A program made the translations under genes and the position numbers. A DNA stretch of 64,000 nt from an uncultured Enterobacterales bacterium (GTDB lineage Bacteria; Myxococcota_A; UBA796; CAJQPC01): positions 33,282-97,281 of the forward strand of contig CAZSZE010000005.1 of NCBI GenBank assembly GCA_964610645.1, given 5' to 3'. The notes beneath the pieces are model-generated. The model worked only from the letters and a program-made list of their open reading frames with translations. It did not search any database and was not told the DNA's origin. Below, piece after piece: positions 18,639 through 29,142 of this stretch. How positions within the stretch are numbered: the first letter of the stretch is position 1; each line of letters begins with the position of its first letter.

Positions 18639-19163
18639 GTGGTTTCTGTAGGCTCCGTATTCTGGGCGGTTCTGTGGCTGGGAAATGCCCTGGCACAGAC
18701 GCCTATTGCATCCTCAGACGATGCCTCCTTCGTCAACCAGGAGCGGGTGGGCGGCGAGCTCGGCGTGGGGATGGGGCTCGGTGCCCCCACGGGCGTGGTC
18801 GCCAAGTACTGGCTGGGGGATTGGACAGCCGTGCAGGCCGGGTTCGGCGGGGATCTCGGTGAGCATCGGTCCCTGTCACTGACGGTCGACTACGTGGTGT
18901 CTTTTCGGCCCATGGAGGTTCCGGATGCCTTGTTCTCGCTGCCGATCTATATGGGCGCCGGGCTGAAGGTTGATGCCAACCTGCAGGCCACTTCCGCTGT
19001 GGCCCTGGGTCCGCGGTGGGTTGTGGGAGCGTCCCTGGTGGTGCCTGATCTGCCCCTCGACCTCTACATCGAGGTGGTGCCGACGTTCTACCTGATGGAG
19101 TTGCCGGCCTTTTCTCCCAGTTGGGCCATGGACGGCCAGATCGGGATTCACTACTACCTCTAA
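18639..19163 (+). CDS. small putative outer-membrane beta-barrel protein
   Basis: Signal-like N-terminus ending ALAQ, alternating Gly/aromatic strands, and a C-terminus of QIGIHYYL. Confidence 0.4.
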   Translation: MVSVGSVFWAVLWLGNALAQTPIASSDDASFVNQERVGGELGVGMGLGAPTGVVAKYWLGDWTAVQAGFGGDLGEHRSLSLTVDYVVSFRPMEVPDALFSLPIYMGAGLKVDANLQATSAVALGPRWVVGASLVVPDLPLDLYIEVVPTFYLMELPAFSPSWAMDGQIGIHYYL

Positions 19164-19178
19164 GCACGGGGCAAACAG

Positions 19179-19574
19179 GTGGAGGGCATCAGCTCCTACA
19201 TCGATCAGGCCATGATCGGGGGGATCCTCACGGGCCTCTTGGTGGGTGTGGCCATTCTCTGGCTGCTCTTCGCGCAGAATTCCCTGTGGCGTTTGTCCTT
19301 GGAGGACCGGGCCGGGGCCTCCCTGCGGCACGTGGAGGAGCGCTTTGGGCTGTCCCGGCTGCCTCCGGGCTTCGGCCCACGGGTGAGGACCCGGGGCGCG
19401 GTGGGAAGCTGGCAGGTGGACCTGGCCATCCGGGGGGGAGTCCTCGGAGACCGGGTGCAGCTCAAGGCAAAGGGGCCGGGCGGGGTGATTCGAAAGAGCG
19501 GGCCGCTGGATCGGGTGGTGGGGGACTTGGATGTGTGGCTCCTGGACCACCTGGACCTTCGGTATGAAGAGTGA
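19179..19574 (+). CDS. hypothetical single-pass membrane protein
   Basis: TM helix GGILTGLLVGVAILWLLF. No family was recognised. Confidence 0.4.
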   Translation: MEGISSYIDQAMIGGILTGLLVGVAILWLLFAQNSLWRLSLEDRAGASLRHVEERFGLSRLPPGFGPRVRTRGAVGSWQVDLAIRGGVLGDRVQLKAKGPGGVIRKSGPLDRVVGDLDVWLLDHLDLRYEE

Positions 19575-19698
19575 GCCGGTCCTCTTCCTGCCCTGATGTG
19601 CGTGTGCGATCGGTGCCTGGTGGCCACCGCCCGTGGGCCTCGCATCCACAGGCGTTCGCTGCCATACTCCAGGCCTTCTGGAGGCAGGACGAGAGACC

Positions 19699-20364
19699 AT
19701 GATGGAGCGCATTCCCGAGCCCCAGTTGATGGACACCGAGGAACAGGTCCGGGCCTATGCCCATGCTGACTTCGAGGCCCCTCACCAGGAGTTCGCGGAC
19801 TCGCTGGTGAGCTGGTTGGGAGCCGTGCTTCCTGGACGGGCCATCGACCTTGGATGCGGTCCCGGGGACATCACCCGCCGGGTGGCCAGGGCTCTCGTTG
19901 ACTGGAAGATTCATGGGATCGATGGGGGGCGCAACATGCTCGACCAGGCGCGGGAGGAGACCCGAAAGGCGGGGCTGGACGACCGGGTGCAATTCAGTCA
20001 CCACCTCCTTCCCGAGCCCGATCTGCCCGTCGGGACAGCGGACCTTGTGTTCTCCAACTCCCTGCTCCACCACCTGGACGATCCCCGGGTCCTGTGGGAG
20101 ACCCTTCAACAGGTGGGGGCGCCTGGCTGTGCGGTGTACATCATGGATTTGCGGCGGCCTGCTACCCGGGAGGAGGCGCGGGACCTGGTCGATGCGTACT
20201 GTGGCCAGGAGCCGGAGGTGTTGCTGGTGGACTTCTTCAACTCCCTGCTTGCGGCCTACACAGAGGAGGAGGTGCAAATCCAATTGGCCACCGCGGGACT
20301 CGAGGGCTTGGAGGTACGCAGCACCTCAGACCGGCACGTGGTGGTACGGGGGCGCCTTCCCTGA
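19699..20364 (+). CDS. class I SAM-dependent methyltransferase
   Basis: ORF 19633..20364, trimmed to MMERIPEP. Motif I is AIDLGCGPGDIT, followed by post-I and motif II-like segments. Confidence 0.75.
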   Translation: MMERIPEPQLMDTEEQVRAYAHADFEAPHQEFADSLVSWLGAVLPGRAIDLGCGPGDITRRVARALVDWKIHGIDGGRNMLDQAREETRKAGLDDRVQFSHHLLPEPDLPVGTADLVFSNSLLHHLDDPRVLWETLQQVGAPGCAVYIMDLRRPATREEARDLVDAYCGQEPEVLLVDFFNSLLAAYTEEEVQIQLATAGLEGLEVRSTSDRHVVVRGRLP

Positions 20365-21822
20365 TCAGGGAAACAAGAGAACCGTTGCATCCAAAGCTGG
20401 CTGAATGAACCAAGCGGGCAACACGCCGATCCCGACCACAGCCACTGCGCACAGCGCGAGGGCGAGGATCGTCGAAGGCGCCATGGTGATCGGCTCCTCC
20501 TCGATGGCCTCTTCAATGTAGATCGAGCGGGCAACCTTCAGGTAGTAGAACAAGGCCAGCACCGTGAGCAGTGCGCCCAGGACCACGAGGAAGGCGAGTC
20601 CAGCCTTCCAGGCGGCCCAGAACACGAGCACCTTGGCCCAGAATCCGGCGACGAAGGGGATCCCCGCCAGGGAAAGCAGGAACAGGAGCATGCACATGGC
20701 CAGGCCTGGAGATCGCGTGGCCAGCCCCTTCAATCCGTCCAGGGTGCCGCTGCCGCCGTTGTCCGTGACGACCCCAACAACCAGGAAGGCCCCCATGTTG
20801 GAGACGACGTAGGCCAGGCAGTAGAAGGCCAGCGTGCCGAGGCTCTCAGGCGTCGCAGCAGCGAGGGCCACCAGGAGCAGGCCCATGTGTCCGACGCCGG
20901 ACAGCGCCAGCAAGCGCCGGGTGTCCCGTTGGGCCAGGGCGCTGAAGTTGCCCTGTACCAGGGTCACAATGGCCAGGGCGATCAACGCCGATCGCCAGAT
21001 AGGCCCCATGGGAAGCAATCCCTCCACCAGGAGCCGAACCAGGCCAGCGAACACCGCCACCTTGGGTGCCACCGACAGAAACGCCACCGTGGGCGCCGGA
21101 GCCCCCTGGTAGGTGTCTGCCATCCACAGGTGAAAGGGAACCGCCCCGATCTTGAAACCCACCCCCGCCAGGACCATCACGATTCCAAGGGCGAACAAGG
21201 GCTGGGGAGGGACCTGCGAGAGCGTGGCAAAGGAGGTGTCCCCGGCCAGGCCCCAGATCAAGGTAAATCCATAGAGGGTAAACGCCGTCGATGCAGCGCC
21301 GGTCAGGTAGATCTTGAGCCCGGCCTCGGTGCCCTGGCCGGTCTTGTGCATGGCGGCCAGCACGTACAGGGGCATGCCCGCCAGCTCAAAGGCCACAATC
21401 CATACCAGCGCATCCTGGGCGCCTGTGAGCAGCAGCATTCCCGTGAGGGAGAAGAGAAGCAACAGGTAGTGCTCTCCCTGCCGAGCGGGAAAGAACCGGT
21501 CGACATGATCCACCGAACCCAGGATGGCGATCAGGCCTGCGAGGAGCAGGACCCGCTTGAAGTAGAGGCCGGTTGCATCGGCCACGTAGGCGCCGGCAAA
21601 TCCACCGTCGGCAAGCCCGGGAAGAAGGAAGCTCGCCCCGAGCACCGCCCCCACGCCCACCGCAGCCAGGGGTCCGAGGCCCCGCTTCTCCTGGGCTCCG
21701 AGCAACAGGTCCGCCACCAGCACCAGCAGCGCCACCGCGAGCAGCCCCAGCTCCAGGGAGATGGCGCCCAGGCCGGACGCCAGGTCCGCGAGAATCGCCT
21801 CCTTGCTGCCGACGGGCATCAT
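20365..21822 (-). CDS. nuoN: NADH-quinone oxidoreductase subunit N
   Basis: 485-aa antiporter-like subunit, last gene in the operon order. Confidence 0.9.
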   Translation of the reverse strand: MMPVGSKEAILADLASGLGAISLELGLLAVALLVLVADLLLGAQEKRGLGPLAAVGVGAVLGASFLLPGLADGGFAGAYVADATGLYFKRVLLLAGLIAILGSVDHVDRFFPARQGEHYLLLLFSLTGMLLLTGAQDALVWIVAFELAGMPLYVLAAMHKTGQGTEAGLKIYLTGAASTAFTLYGFTLIWGLAGDTSFATLSQVPPQPLFALGIVMVLAGVGFKIGAVPFHLWMADTYQGAPAPTVAFLSVAPKVAVFAGLVRLLVEGLLPMGPIWRSALIALAIVTLVQGNFSALAQRDTRRLLALSGVGHMGLLLVALAAATPESLGTLAFYCLAYVVSNMGAFLVVGVVTDNGGSGTLDGLKGLATRSPGLAMCMLLFLLSLAGIPFVAGFWAKVLVFWAAWKAGLAFLVVLGALLTVLALFYYLKVARSIYIEEAIEEEPITMAPSTILALALCAVAVVGIGVLPAWFIQPALDATVLLFP

Positions 21823-23333
21823 GGCATCACCGCCAGGAACTCAAGGGTCATGGGGTCGATGTACTGGAGCAGGAGATCCGGTGCGATGCCGAAGAGCAGG
21901 ATGCAAGCCACTAGGAGAATGGGGGCGACCCACTCGGTCCCCCGCGCATCTCGAACATCCGGGTAGGGGAGGTCGGCTGGCGGGCCCCAGAAGATCGCTC
22001 GCGTGGCCCGCAACACGTACACCGCGGTCAGAATCGCCCCGGCAATGGCGGGAAGAGCCCACCACCAGACCGTCTTCCAGGCCCCCAGGAAGACCAACAG
22101 CTCGGCAGCAAAGCCCGCGGTGCCGGGCAAACCAAGAGAGGAGAGTCCCCCGATGGTGAAAAACACCGCCACGGCAGGCATGCGGGCAGCAAAGCCCCCC
22201 ATCTCGAAAATCTCTCGGGTGTGGGCCCGCTCATACACCAATCCCACGAGGGCAAAGAAGAGGCCGGTCATGACCCCGTGGGCAAACATCTGGAAAATGG
22301 CGCCGTTCCAGCCATCCACCTGGAGGGTGGCAGCCCCCAGCATGACGATGCCCATGTGGGACACGGAGGAGTAGGCGATCACGTACTTGAGGTCGGTCTG
22401 CCCCATGGCGGAGAGGGCGCCCCAGACAATGTTGATGACCGCCACGGTGCCCACGGCAAATGCCCAGAAGGCTGCACCCTCCGGCAGGCAGATCATGGCG
22501 ATCCGAATCACCCCAAAGGCGCCGAGCTTCATGAGCACACCCGCGTGCAGCATCGACACGGCTGTCGGCGCGGAGGCATGGCCATCCGGCGACCACGTGT
22601 GCCACGGAAACACGCCCGCCAGGGTGCCAAACCCAATCCACAGAAAGGGAAACAGCAGCTTCTGCAGGGCCGGCGGATAGGCGGCCGCCTGGATCACTTC
22701 CAGGTCCCAGGTGCCCACTCCGTTGTGCAGGACCATGGCCAGGAACGAGGCCAGAATCAACGCCGATCCGCCCATCAACATCAGGGTCAGCTTCATGGCC
22801 GCGTACTGGCGGCCGCCCAGGTCAAACGGGGCCAGCACCTTGGCCAGGGGGCCCGCCTTCTTCACGGGCTTACTGGAACCCCAGACGCCGATCAGCAGGT
22901 ACATGGGCAGCACTGCGATTTCGTAGAACAGGAAGAAGATGAACAGGTCCAGGGAGACAAAGACCCCGAACACGCCGGCCACCAGCACCAACAGCAGGAT
23001 GAAGAACTCCTTCTCCCGCTCCTTCATGGTCCAGGAGGCCCAGATTCCCGCAAAGATGATGATCGCCGTGAGCAGGAGCAGGCTGACGCCCCATCCATCC
23101 ACCCCGAGCTTCCAGGCAATGCCCAGGTCGGGGAGCAGCGCGAGTTCCTCCCGCATCTGCACGCCGCCCACTTCAATGTCATACCGGAACGCCACCTTGA
23201 TGGAGCCCAGCAGGCTTGTGGTGGCCCCCAGCAGGCTGACCAGGCGCACGGCACCCCGGGATCGGTTCGGCACGACAAGCAACACAACCGCTGCCAGGAG
23301 CGGTGCCAGGATGATGCCGGAGAGCAGTCCCAT
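21819..23333 (-). CDS. nuoM: NADH-quinone oxidoreductase subunit M
   Basis: 504-aa antiporter-like subunit with a 4-nt overlap with nuoN. Confidence 0.9.
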   Translation of the reverse strand: MGLLSGIILAPLLAAVVLLVVPNRSRGAVRLVSLLGATTSLLGSIKVAFRYDIEVGGVQMREELALLPDLGIAWKLGVDGWGVSLLLLTAIIIFAGIWASWTMKEREKEFFILLLVLVAGVFGVFVSLDLFIFFLFYEIAVLPMYLLIGVWGSSKPVKKAGPLAKVLAPFDLGGRQYAAMKLTLMLMGGSALILASFLAMVLHNGVGTWDLEVIQAAAYPPALQKLLFPFLWIGFGTLAGVFPWHTWSPDGHASAPTAVSMLHAGVLMKLGAFGVIRIAMICLPEGAAFWAFAVGTVAVINIVWGALSAMGQTDLKYVIAYSSVSHMGIVMLGAATLQVDGWNGAIFQMFAHGVMTGLFFALVGLVYERAHTREIFEMGGFAARMPAVAVFFTIGGLSSLGLPGTAGFAAELLVFLGAWKTVWWWALPAIAGAILTAVYVLRATRAIFWGPPADLPYPDVRDARGTEWVAPILLVACILLFGIAPDLLLQYIDPMTLEFLAVMP

Positions 23334-25145
23334 CTAGGCCCCCATCGCGCTGAAGACGGCAAAGGCAATCGCGCCCATGGCCACGGCCATGAGGTACTGG
23401 TCGATGCGGCTTGTTTGTAGACGGCCGGCGGCGGTGGCATTGCGGAGCATGCTCCAGCCCACAGCGTTGATCATTCCATCGACCACGTAGCGGTCGAGCC
23501 ACGCGACCACAGCGGCAAACCCCAACAGCACCTGGCGATAGGCCTGCGCCCAGATCCGATCGACGGGACCTGTCTGGATCCACGCGCCCAGGCGGGACAG
23601 CGATGCGACGGTGCCCCCCTTCCAGGCCCACCACCCGGCCCCCATGCCCAAGAGCGCGAGCCCGAGGCCGAGCCCTCCGAGCGGGGTGAAGTGGAAGTTC
23701 GCGGGGTCACCTACGACCAGCACGTGGAAGACATCCACAAACGCCTTCCCAGCGATGACTGATCCGATGGCCAACACGACCATCGGCACCATCATGGCCA
23801 GGCCGGATTCATGGGGGTGGCCTCCTGGCGTACGGGATTCGCCGGCAAAGATCATCAGCGCCGAACGCCACATGTAGGCGGCGGTCAAGGCCACAGTCAC
23901 GAGGCACAGCCCCAGTGGGACCCACTTGTGCCCGTGGTGCAGTGCCTCAAGCACCAGGTCCTTGGAGTAGAAGCCTGACAGGGGGAAGATCCCGGCCAGG
24001 GCCAGGGCCCCAATGATGTACAGGCCGGCGGTCCAGCGCATGGGACGCGCCAGCCCCCCCATCTCTCGCATGGAGTTGGTTCCCGTGGCGTGAATGACCG
24101 ACCCGGCGCAGAGAAACAGCAGAGCCTTGAAAAAAGCGTGTGTGCCCAGGTGGAAGTACGCCCCCACCATGCCGCCTGCCCCCAGGGCAGCCACCATGTA
24201 CCCCAGCTGGGAACAGGTGGAATAGGCCAGCATCTTCTTCACGTCATCCTGGAGGTACGCGAGGCAAGCAGCTGTAAACGCCGTGATTCCGCCGACCCAG
24301 CAGAGCACCTCCAGCGTGGCCGGGGCCGCCTCGAACAGGGGCCAGCCGCGCACCACCAGGTAGACCCCCGCCGCCACCATCGTGGCTGCGTGGAGCAATG
24401 CCGACACCGGGGTGGGACCTTGCATCGCGTCCGGCAGCCAGATGTGCAGGGGCACCTGGGCGCTCTTTCCCATGACCCCCATGAAGAGCAGCAGGGTCAC
24501 GGCGGTCAGGGTGCGCTCGTCCATCCCGGTCGGGCTCCAGCCAAATCCGCCGCTGGCCGTGGCCAGCACCACCAGGCCCAACAGCAGCCCACCGTCGGCG
24601 AGCTTTGTGACCCAGAAGGCCTTGACTGCGGCCTTCCCGGCCTCGGGCTTGCGCCACCAGAATCCAATCAACAGGTACGAACAGAGCCCCACCAGCTCCC
24701 AACCCATGAAGAGCTGCAGCATGTTGGGCGCCAACACCAGGGCCTGCATCACCACCACGAACAACGCGTGGTAGGCGAAATAGCGGCCCTTGCCCGCGGG
24801 GGATTCCTCGTCCAGGTAGCCCACGGAGTACACCTGGACGCACAGCGCCACCAGCCCCACCACAAACAACATCGGGGCAGCCACGCCGTCCACGAACCAA
24901 CCCACCTCCACCGCGGTCTCGCCGCCGATGGGCATCCAGCGAATGCTCCACTTGGCCACGGGCACCTGGCTGCCCACCTGGAGCTTCATGAGGGCTGCGG
25001 CTGCCACCAGGGACACCGTGCTGGCGCCGCAGACCAGGAAGGCCGGGAGGTGGTCCTTTCGCCGCAGCGGGGGCACCAGCGCAAGCAACAGAAAAGCCGC
25101 CAGAGGGACGCCAAGAAGCAGTGCGCAGAGAGTGTTCGGGCTCAC
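23334..25145 (-). CDS. nuoL: NADH-quinone oxidoreductase subunit L
   Basis: ORF 23334..25472, trimmed to the GTG at 25145 (VSPNTLCALLLGVPL), which overlaps the nuoK stop. About 604 aa, with the typical long C-terminal amphipathic extension. Confidence 0.9.
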   Translation of the reverse strand: MSPNTLCALLLGVPLAAFLLLALVPPLRRKDHLPAFLVCGASTVSLVAAAALMKLQVGSQVPVAKWSIRWMPIGGETAVEVGWFVDGVAAPMLFVVGLVALCVQVYSVGYLDEESPAGKGRYFAYHALFVVVMQALVLAPNMLQLFMGWELVGLCSYLLIGFWWRKPEAGKAAVKAFWVTKLADGGLLLGLVVLATASGGFGWSPTGMDERTLTAVTLLLFMGVMGKSAQVPLHIWLPDAMQGPTPVSALLHAATMVAAGVYLVVRGWPLFEAAPATLEVLCWVGGITAFTAACLAYLQDDVKKMLAYSTCSQLGYMVAALGAGGMVGAYFHLGTHAFFKALLFLCAGSVIHATGTNSMREMGGLARPMRWTAGLYIIGALALAGIFPLSGFYSKDLVLEALHHGHKWVPLGLCLVTVALTAAYMWRSALMIFAGESRTPGGHPHESGLAMMVPMVVLAIGSVIAGKAFVDVFHVLVVGDPANFHFTPLGGLGLGLALLGMGAGWWAWKGGTVASLSRLGAWIQTGPVDRIWAQAYRQVLLGFAAVVAWLDRYVVDGMINAVGWSMLRNATAAGRLQTSRIDQYLMAVAMGAIAFAVFSAMGA

Positions 25146-25444
25146 GTGGCCAGCTCCGTCGCGCGGTCTACCTGGAGGCTTCGGCGGGTTCGGGAGAGCT
25201 GGATCAACAGAGCCAGCCCCACGGCGACCTCCGCCACGGTCAAGGCCATGGCGAAGAGGGCAATCACCTGGCCCGTGAGGTCCCCCCGGGCATAGGCAAA
25301 GGCCACCACGTTCAAGTTCACGGCGTTGAGCATCAACTCCATGGACAAGAGCATCGCGATGGCGTGGCGCCGGGTCAGCAGGCCGTAGAGACCCACCGAA
25401 AAGAGGGCGGCCGACAGCAGGAGCCAGAGTTGCAGGCTGTTCAC
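25142..25444 (-). CDS. nuoK: NADH-quinone oxidoreductase subunit K
   Basis: 100 aa with 3 TM helices: MNSLQLWLLLSAALFSVGLYGLLTRR. Confidence 0.9.
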   Translation of the reverse strand: MNSLQLWLLLSAALFSVGLYGLLTRRHAIAMLLSMELMLNAVNLNVVAFAYARGDLTGQVIALFAMALTVAEVAVGLALLIQLSRTRRSLQVDRATELAT

Positions 25445-25929
25445 GACGGATCGCTCCGGCGGGACAGGACAATGGCGCCGATCATCACGGCCAACAACAG
25501 GACAGACAGGGCCTCAAAGGCAAGCACGTGTCGGGTCAGAAAGAGAGCGCCCAACTCGGCGCTTTCGGAGCCGTTCAACACCCGGGCCTGCTCCGGCAGG
25601 TCCGCGCCAACGATGGCGTATGCAACCGGCGCAAAGAAGGCGAGGGCACACAAAGCACCGCGGAGCTTGCCCACAATCCTCGCGGTCGGTACCCCGTCGT
25701 CCTTCTCCCAGGTGAGCAGCACTGCAAAGAGCATCAAGGTGACGATGCCGCCCGTGTAGAGCAGCACCTGCAAGCCCGCCAGGAGGTCGGCCTGCAGCTG
25801 AAGATAGGCCACCGCTGTCGTGAGCAGGGTCGCTGCCAGCCAGAGCACCGCGCGAATGAGGTCGGTGCTCCGCACCACCTGGACTGCACAGCCCAACATC
25901 AGAAACGCCGTGATCCAAAAGCCGATCAT
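25441..25929 (-). CDS. nuoJ: NADH-quinone oxidoreductase subunit J
   Basis: 162-aa membrane subunit in the conserved operon position. Confidence 0.85.
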   Translation of the reverse strand: MIGFWITAFLMLGCAVQVVRSTDLIRAVLWLAATLLTTAVAYLQLQADLLAGLQVLLYTGGIVTLMLFAVLLTWEKDDGVPTARIVGKLRGALCALAFFAPVAYAIVGADLPEQARVLNGSESAELGALFLTRHVLAFEALSVLLLAVMIGAIVLSRRSDPS

Positions 25930-26474
25930 GGGGCACCTTCCAATGGGGTGGGGGCACCGGAGGGTTTCGGCGGCGGCGGCTCCGGAAGTCCACGCTTGGG
26001 GTTCTGTTCCTCAACCAGCAGGGTGCCCGTGGCCCAGCTGGCCTGGTTCAACGCCTCGTTTGCATAGAGCTTGTCCATGGTGAGGACGAGCCCCTCCCGG
26101 GAGTAGGCCACCTTCTCCGGCACCCGGAGCATGAGAATGGCGTCGGTCGGACACACCTGCACGCACAGCTCGCACACGATGCAGGCGTTCAAATCCAGCG
26201 TGAAGTCATCGCAGTAGCCGCGCTTCTTGCCGGTGACCGGGCTTTCCTTGCGCCCGCCGGCAATCACGGAGATGACGTCCGAGGGGCAGATCTTCTCGCA
26301 CATCTTGCAGCCGATGCAGGCCTCTTCCCCCAGATCGTCGTGGACCAGGGAAAAAGTCGAGCGCATGCGCTCCGATCGCGGGCGATCGCCCTTCCAGGGC
26401 AGGGGTTCCGTGGTCTTGGCCCGGAAGATGTTGCCCAGGGCGATTCCCAGGGTGCGCAGGACGGGGACGACCAT
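25926..26474 (-). CDS. nuoI: NADH-quinone oxidoreductase subunit I (2x[4Fe-4S])
   Basis: Two ferredoxin motifs: CIGCKMCEKICP and CIVCELCVQVCP. Confidence 0.9.
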   Translation of the reverse strand: MVVPVLRTLGIALGNIFRAKTTEPLPWKGDRPRSERMRSTFSLVHDDLGEEACIGCKMCEKICPSDVISVIAGGRKESPVTGKKRGYCDDFTLDLNACIVCELCVQVCPTDAILMLRVPEKVAYSREGLVLTMDKLYANEALNQASWATGTLLVEEQNPKRGLPEPPPPKPSGAPTPLEGAP

Positions 26475-27500
26475 TCAGCCTCCCCAACCCAGGCCGACCC
26501 AGAGGGCAGCCGCTGCAACAAGACACAGGCTGATGGGCAGAAACCAGACCCAGCAGATGCGCAGGAGCTGGTCCTGCCGGTATCGCAGGATGCTCCACCG
26601 CACCCAGAAGATTCCCGCAAAGAGGAACATCGTCTTCGCGACCATCCATTGCGGACCTGCGCCCAGGAATTCTCCGGGCCCAGCCACAAAGGGAGAATCC
26701 GCCCCGCCGAGGAAAATCACGGCTGCGAGGGCCGAAGCGATCAGCGTGTGCAGGTACTCGGCCAGGTAGAACAAGCCGAACTTCATGCCCGTGTACTCGG
26801 TGGTGATCCCGGCCACCAGCTCCGATTCCGCCTCGGGAATGTCAAAGGGAATGCGGTTTGCCTCCGCCAGGGAGCACAGGAAGAACAGCAGGAAGGCAAA
26901 GAAGCCGGGCCCCGGCGGCCACAGCACAAACCAACGCATGCCGTACTGGGCCTCCTGGATCTCCCCCAGGTTGAAACTGCCGGCCAGGATGACCGGCACC
27001 ATTGCGCACAAGAGCAGCGGTATCTCGTAGGAAATGGCCTGGGCTGCGGACCGCATGGCCCCGAGCAGCGCGTACTTGTTGTTGGAGGCCCACCCCGCCA
27101 TCCACACGGGCACCACCAGCAGCGACCCCATGGCCAGCGCAAAGACCAGGCCGATGTCCAGGTCGGCGACCACCCAGGAGCCAAAGGGAATCACCGCCAG
27201 GATGCCCAGCACCAGGATGACCGTCAGCGGCGGCGCCAGGTTGAACAGTGCCTTGTCCGCACTGTCCGGGACGATGTCCTCCTTCTGGAGCATCTTGACG
27301 ATGTCCGCCACGGGCTGGAGCAGGCCAAAGGGGCCGACCTCCGTGGGGCCGGGACGGTTCTGCATGGCACCCGCAAACTTGCGCTCGTACCAGATGGCCC
27401 ACGTGACGGTGATCAGGGCCGCGTTGAGAATCACGAACCCCAGGATCAACGGCGTGGCCGTGTCCAACCAGGTGGAGGAGATTGCGAGGTCCCGCGCCAT
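26475..27500 (-). CDS. nuoH: NADH-quinone oxidoreductase subunit H
   Basis: ORF 26475..27728, trimmed to MARDLAISSTW. The ATG overlaps the nuoD TGA (TGATG). Motifs: WYERKFAGAMQNRPGP. Confidence 0.9.
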   Translation of the reverse strand: MARDLAISSTWLDTATPLILGFVILNAALITVTWAIWYERKFAGAMQNRPGPTEVGPFGLLQPVADIVKMLQKEDIVPDSADKALFNLAPPLTVILVLGILAVIPFGSWVVADLDIGLVFALAMGSLLVVPVWMAGWASNNKYALLGAMRSAAQAISYEIPLLLCAMVPVILAGSFNLGEIQEAQYGMRWFVLWPPGPGFFAFLLFFLCSLAEANRIPFDIPEAESELVAGITTEYTGMKFGLFYLAEYLHTLIASALAAVIFLGGADSPFVAGPGEFLGAGPQWMVAKTMFLFAGIFWVRWSILRYRQDQLLRICWVWFLPISLCLVAAAALWVGLGWGG

Positions 27501-28678
27501 CAGCGGTCGACCTCCCCCAAAATCGGGTCCAGGCTGCCAAGGATCACGATGATGTCCGACAGGTTGTTGCCCGGACACATGTAGGGCAGGAGCGCCAGCG
27601 CGTGAAGACTCGGGGGCCGAATCTTGCAGCGGTAGGGGTTTGGGCTCTTCTTGGTGCCCACGACCCAGGTACCGAGCTCTCCCCGGGGCGACTCGATGGC
27701 CGAATAGATCGTCGCGGTTTCCGGGCACTTGACGGCGCCGGGAAGCTTCACGGGCTTGAGGCCGCAGATGGGCCCCGGGGGGATGTCGTCGATCAGGCAG
27801 CGCACGATGCGAATGGACTCCCGCATCTCGGCGAGTCGCACCTGGTACCGGGCGTAGCAGTCGCCTTCCTCGGCGGTGATCACGTTCACCTCGACCCGGT
27901 CGTAGGCGGCGTAGGGCGCATCGCGCCGAAGGTCATGATCCACGCCGCTCGCCCGCAGGTTTGGCCCGCTGACCCCGAGTTCAATGGCCAACTCCGGGTC
28001 CACCACACCGATCCCACGGGTTCGGGCGATGAAGACCGGGTTCTCCACCAGCATTCCCTCGTACTCGTGGCACCGGGTCTCGATGATGTCCAGCACCTGC
28101 TTGACCCTCTTGTCCCAACCCGCGGGGATGTCGTGGCGCAGCCCCCCCACCGTGTGGTGGTTGTAGTGGAACCGGCAGCCGGTCAGCTCCTCGAAGACAT
28201 CGAGAATCATCTCCCGCTCGCGGAACGTGTGCATGAACGAGGTGGCCCCGCCCCCGAGGGCTCCGCCCATGTCGAGACAGAACGTGCCCAGCCACAAGAG
28301 GTGTGAGGCAATGCGCTGCAGCTCGGCGTTGATGGTGCGCATGACCTGGGCCCGGGGCGGCACCTCGGCCCCCACGAGCTTTTCATAGGCCATGTTGATG
28401 GCCAGCTCATTGGTCATGGGCGCGACGTAGTCGTTCTTGTCGATAATCGGCGTCACCTGCACATAGGTGAGCTTCTCGCAGAGCTTCTCCACCCCCCGGT
28501 GCAGGTAGCCCAGGTACGGAACCGCCTTGATGCAGACCTCGCCATCCAACCACAGCTTCACCCGCAGGACCCCGTGGGTGGAGGGGTGCTGTGGGCCCAG
28601 GTTCAGGACCAGGAGATCGCCCTCCGGATCATGGGAATCCGGATCGAGGTACGGGTCGGCGCGGGGCATCATCTCCAT
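27500..28678 (-). CDS. nuoD: NADH-quinone oxidoreductase subunit D
   Basis: LNLGPQHPSTHGVLR, and the C-terminus ILGEVDR. Confidence 0.95.
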   Translation of the reverse strand: MEMMPRADPYLDPDSHDPEGDLLVLNLGPQHPSTHGVLRVKLWLDGEVCIKAVPYLGYLHRGVEKLCEKLTYVQVTPIIDKNDYVAPMTNELAINMAYEKLVGAEVPPRAQVMRTINAELQRIASHLLWLGTFCLDMGGALGGGATSFMHTFREREMILDVFEELTGCRFHYNHHTVGGLRHDIPAGWDKRVKQVLDIIETRCHEYEGMLVENPVFIARTRGIGVVDPELAIELGVSGPNLRASGVDHDLRRDAPYAAYDRVEVNVITAEEGDCYARYQVRLAEMRESIRIVRCLIDDIPPGPICGLKPVKLPGAVKCPETATIYSAIESPRGELGTWVVGTKKSPNPYRCKIRPPSLHALALLPYMCPGNNLSDIIVILGSLDPILGEVDR

Positions 28679-29142
28679 GGGTGGTGCCGGGTTTCAATGG
28701 CGTAGTCCCTGCGCAGGGGATGGCCGGGCCAGTCCTCGGGCATCATGATGCGCCGCAGATCCGGGTGGCCGGCAAAGACCACGCCCACCAGGTCGTATTG
28801 TTCGCGTTCCTGCCAGTCGGCGCCTGCGAACACCGACACCAAAGAAGGGGTGGTTTCACCGATGGGAACGCGAATCTGGAAACCGATGGTCTCGGTGCCG
28901 GGCCCCAGGCGCCGCAAGCGGTAGGCCACCACAAAGTGTTCGTCCTGGGGGTTTTCCTCGTCCTCCACCGGGAGGTAGTGCGCTGCTGCGCAGTACACAA
29001 AGAAGTTGAACCCGAGCTCATCCTTCAGGGCCCGAGCCAGGGGGACCACGGCTTCCCGGGGCACCCAGGGACCGTTCTCTGGATCGAGTTCCTGGATTCC
29101 GAATCGTTCGGCACAAAGCGCGACAACATCGGAGGGAATCAT
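28669..29142 (-). CDS. nuoC: NADH-quinone oxidoreductase subunit C
   Basis: 157 aa, separate from nuoD, with the 30-kDa subunit pattern EREQYDLVGVVFAGHPDLRRI. Confidence 0.9.
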   Translation of the reverse strand: MIPSDVVALCAERFGIQELDPENGPWVPREAVVPLARALKDELGFNFFVYCAAAHYLPVEDEENPQDEHFVVAYRLRRLGPGTETIGFQIRVPIGETTPSLVSVFAGADWQEREQYDLVGVVFAGHPDLRRIMMPEDWPGHPLRRDYAIETRHHPWR

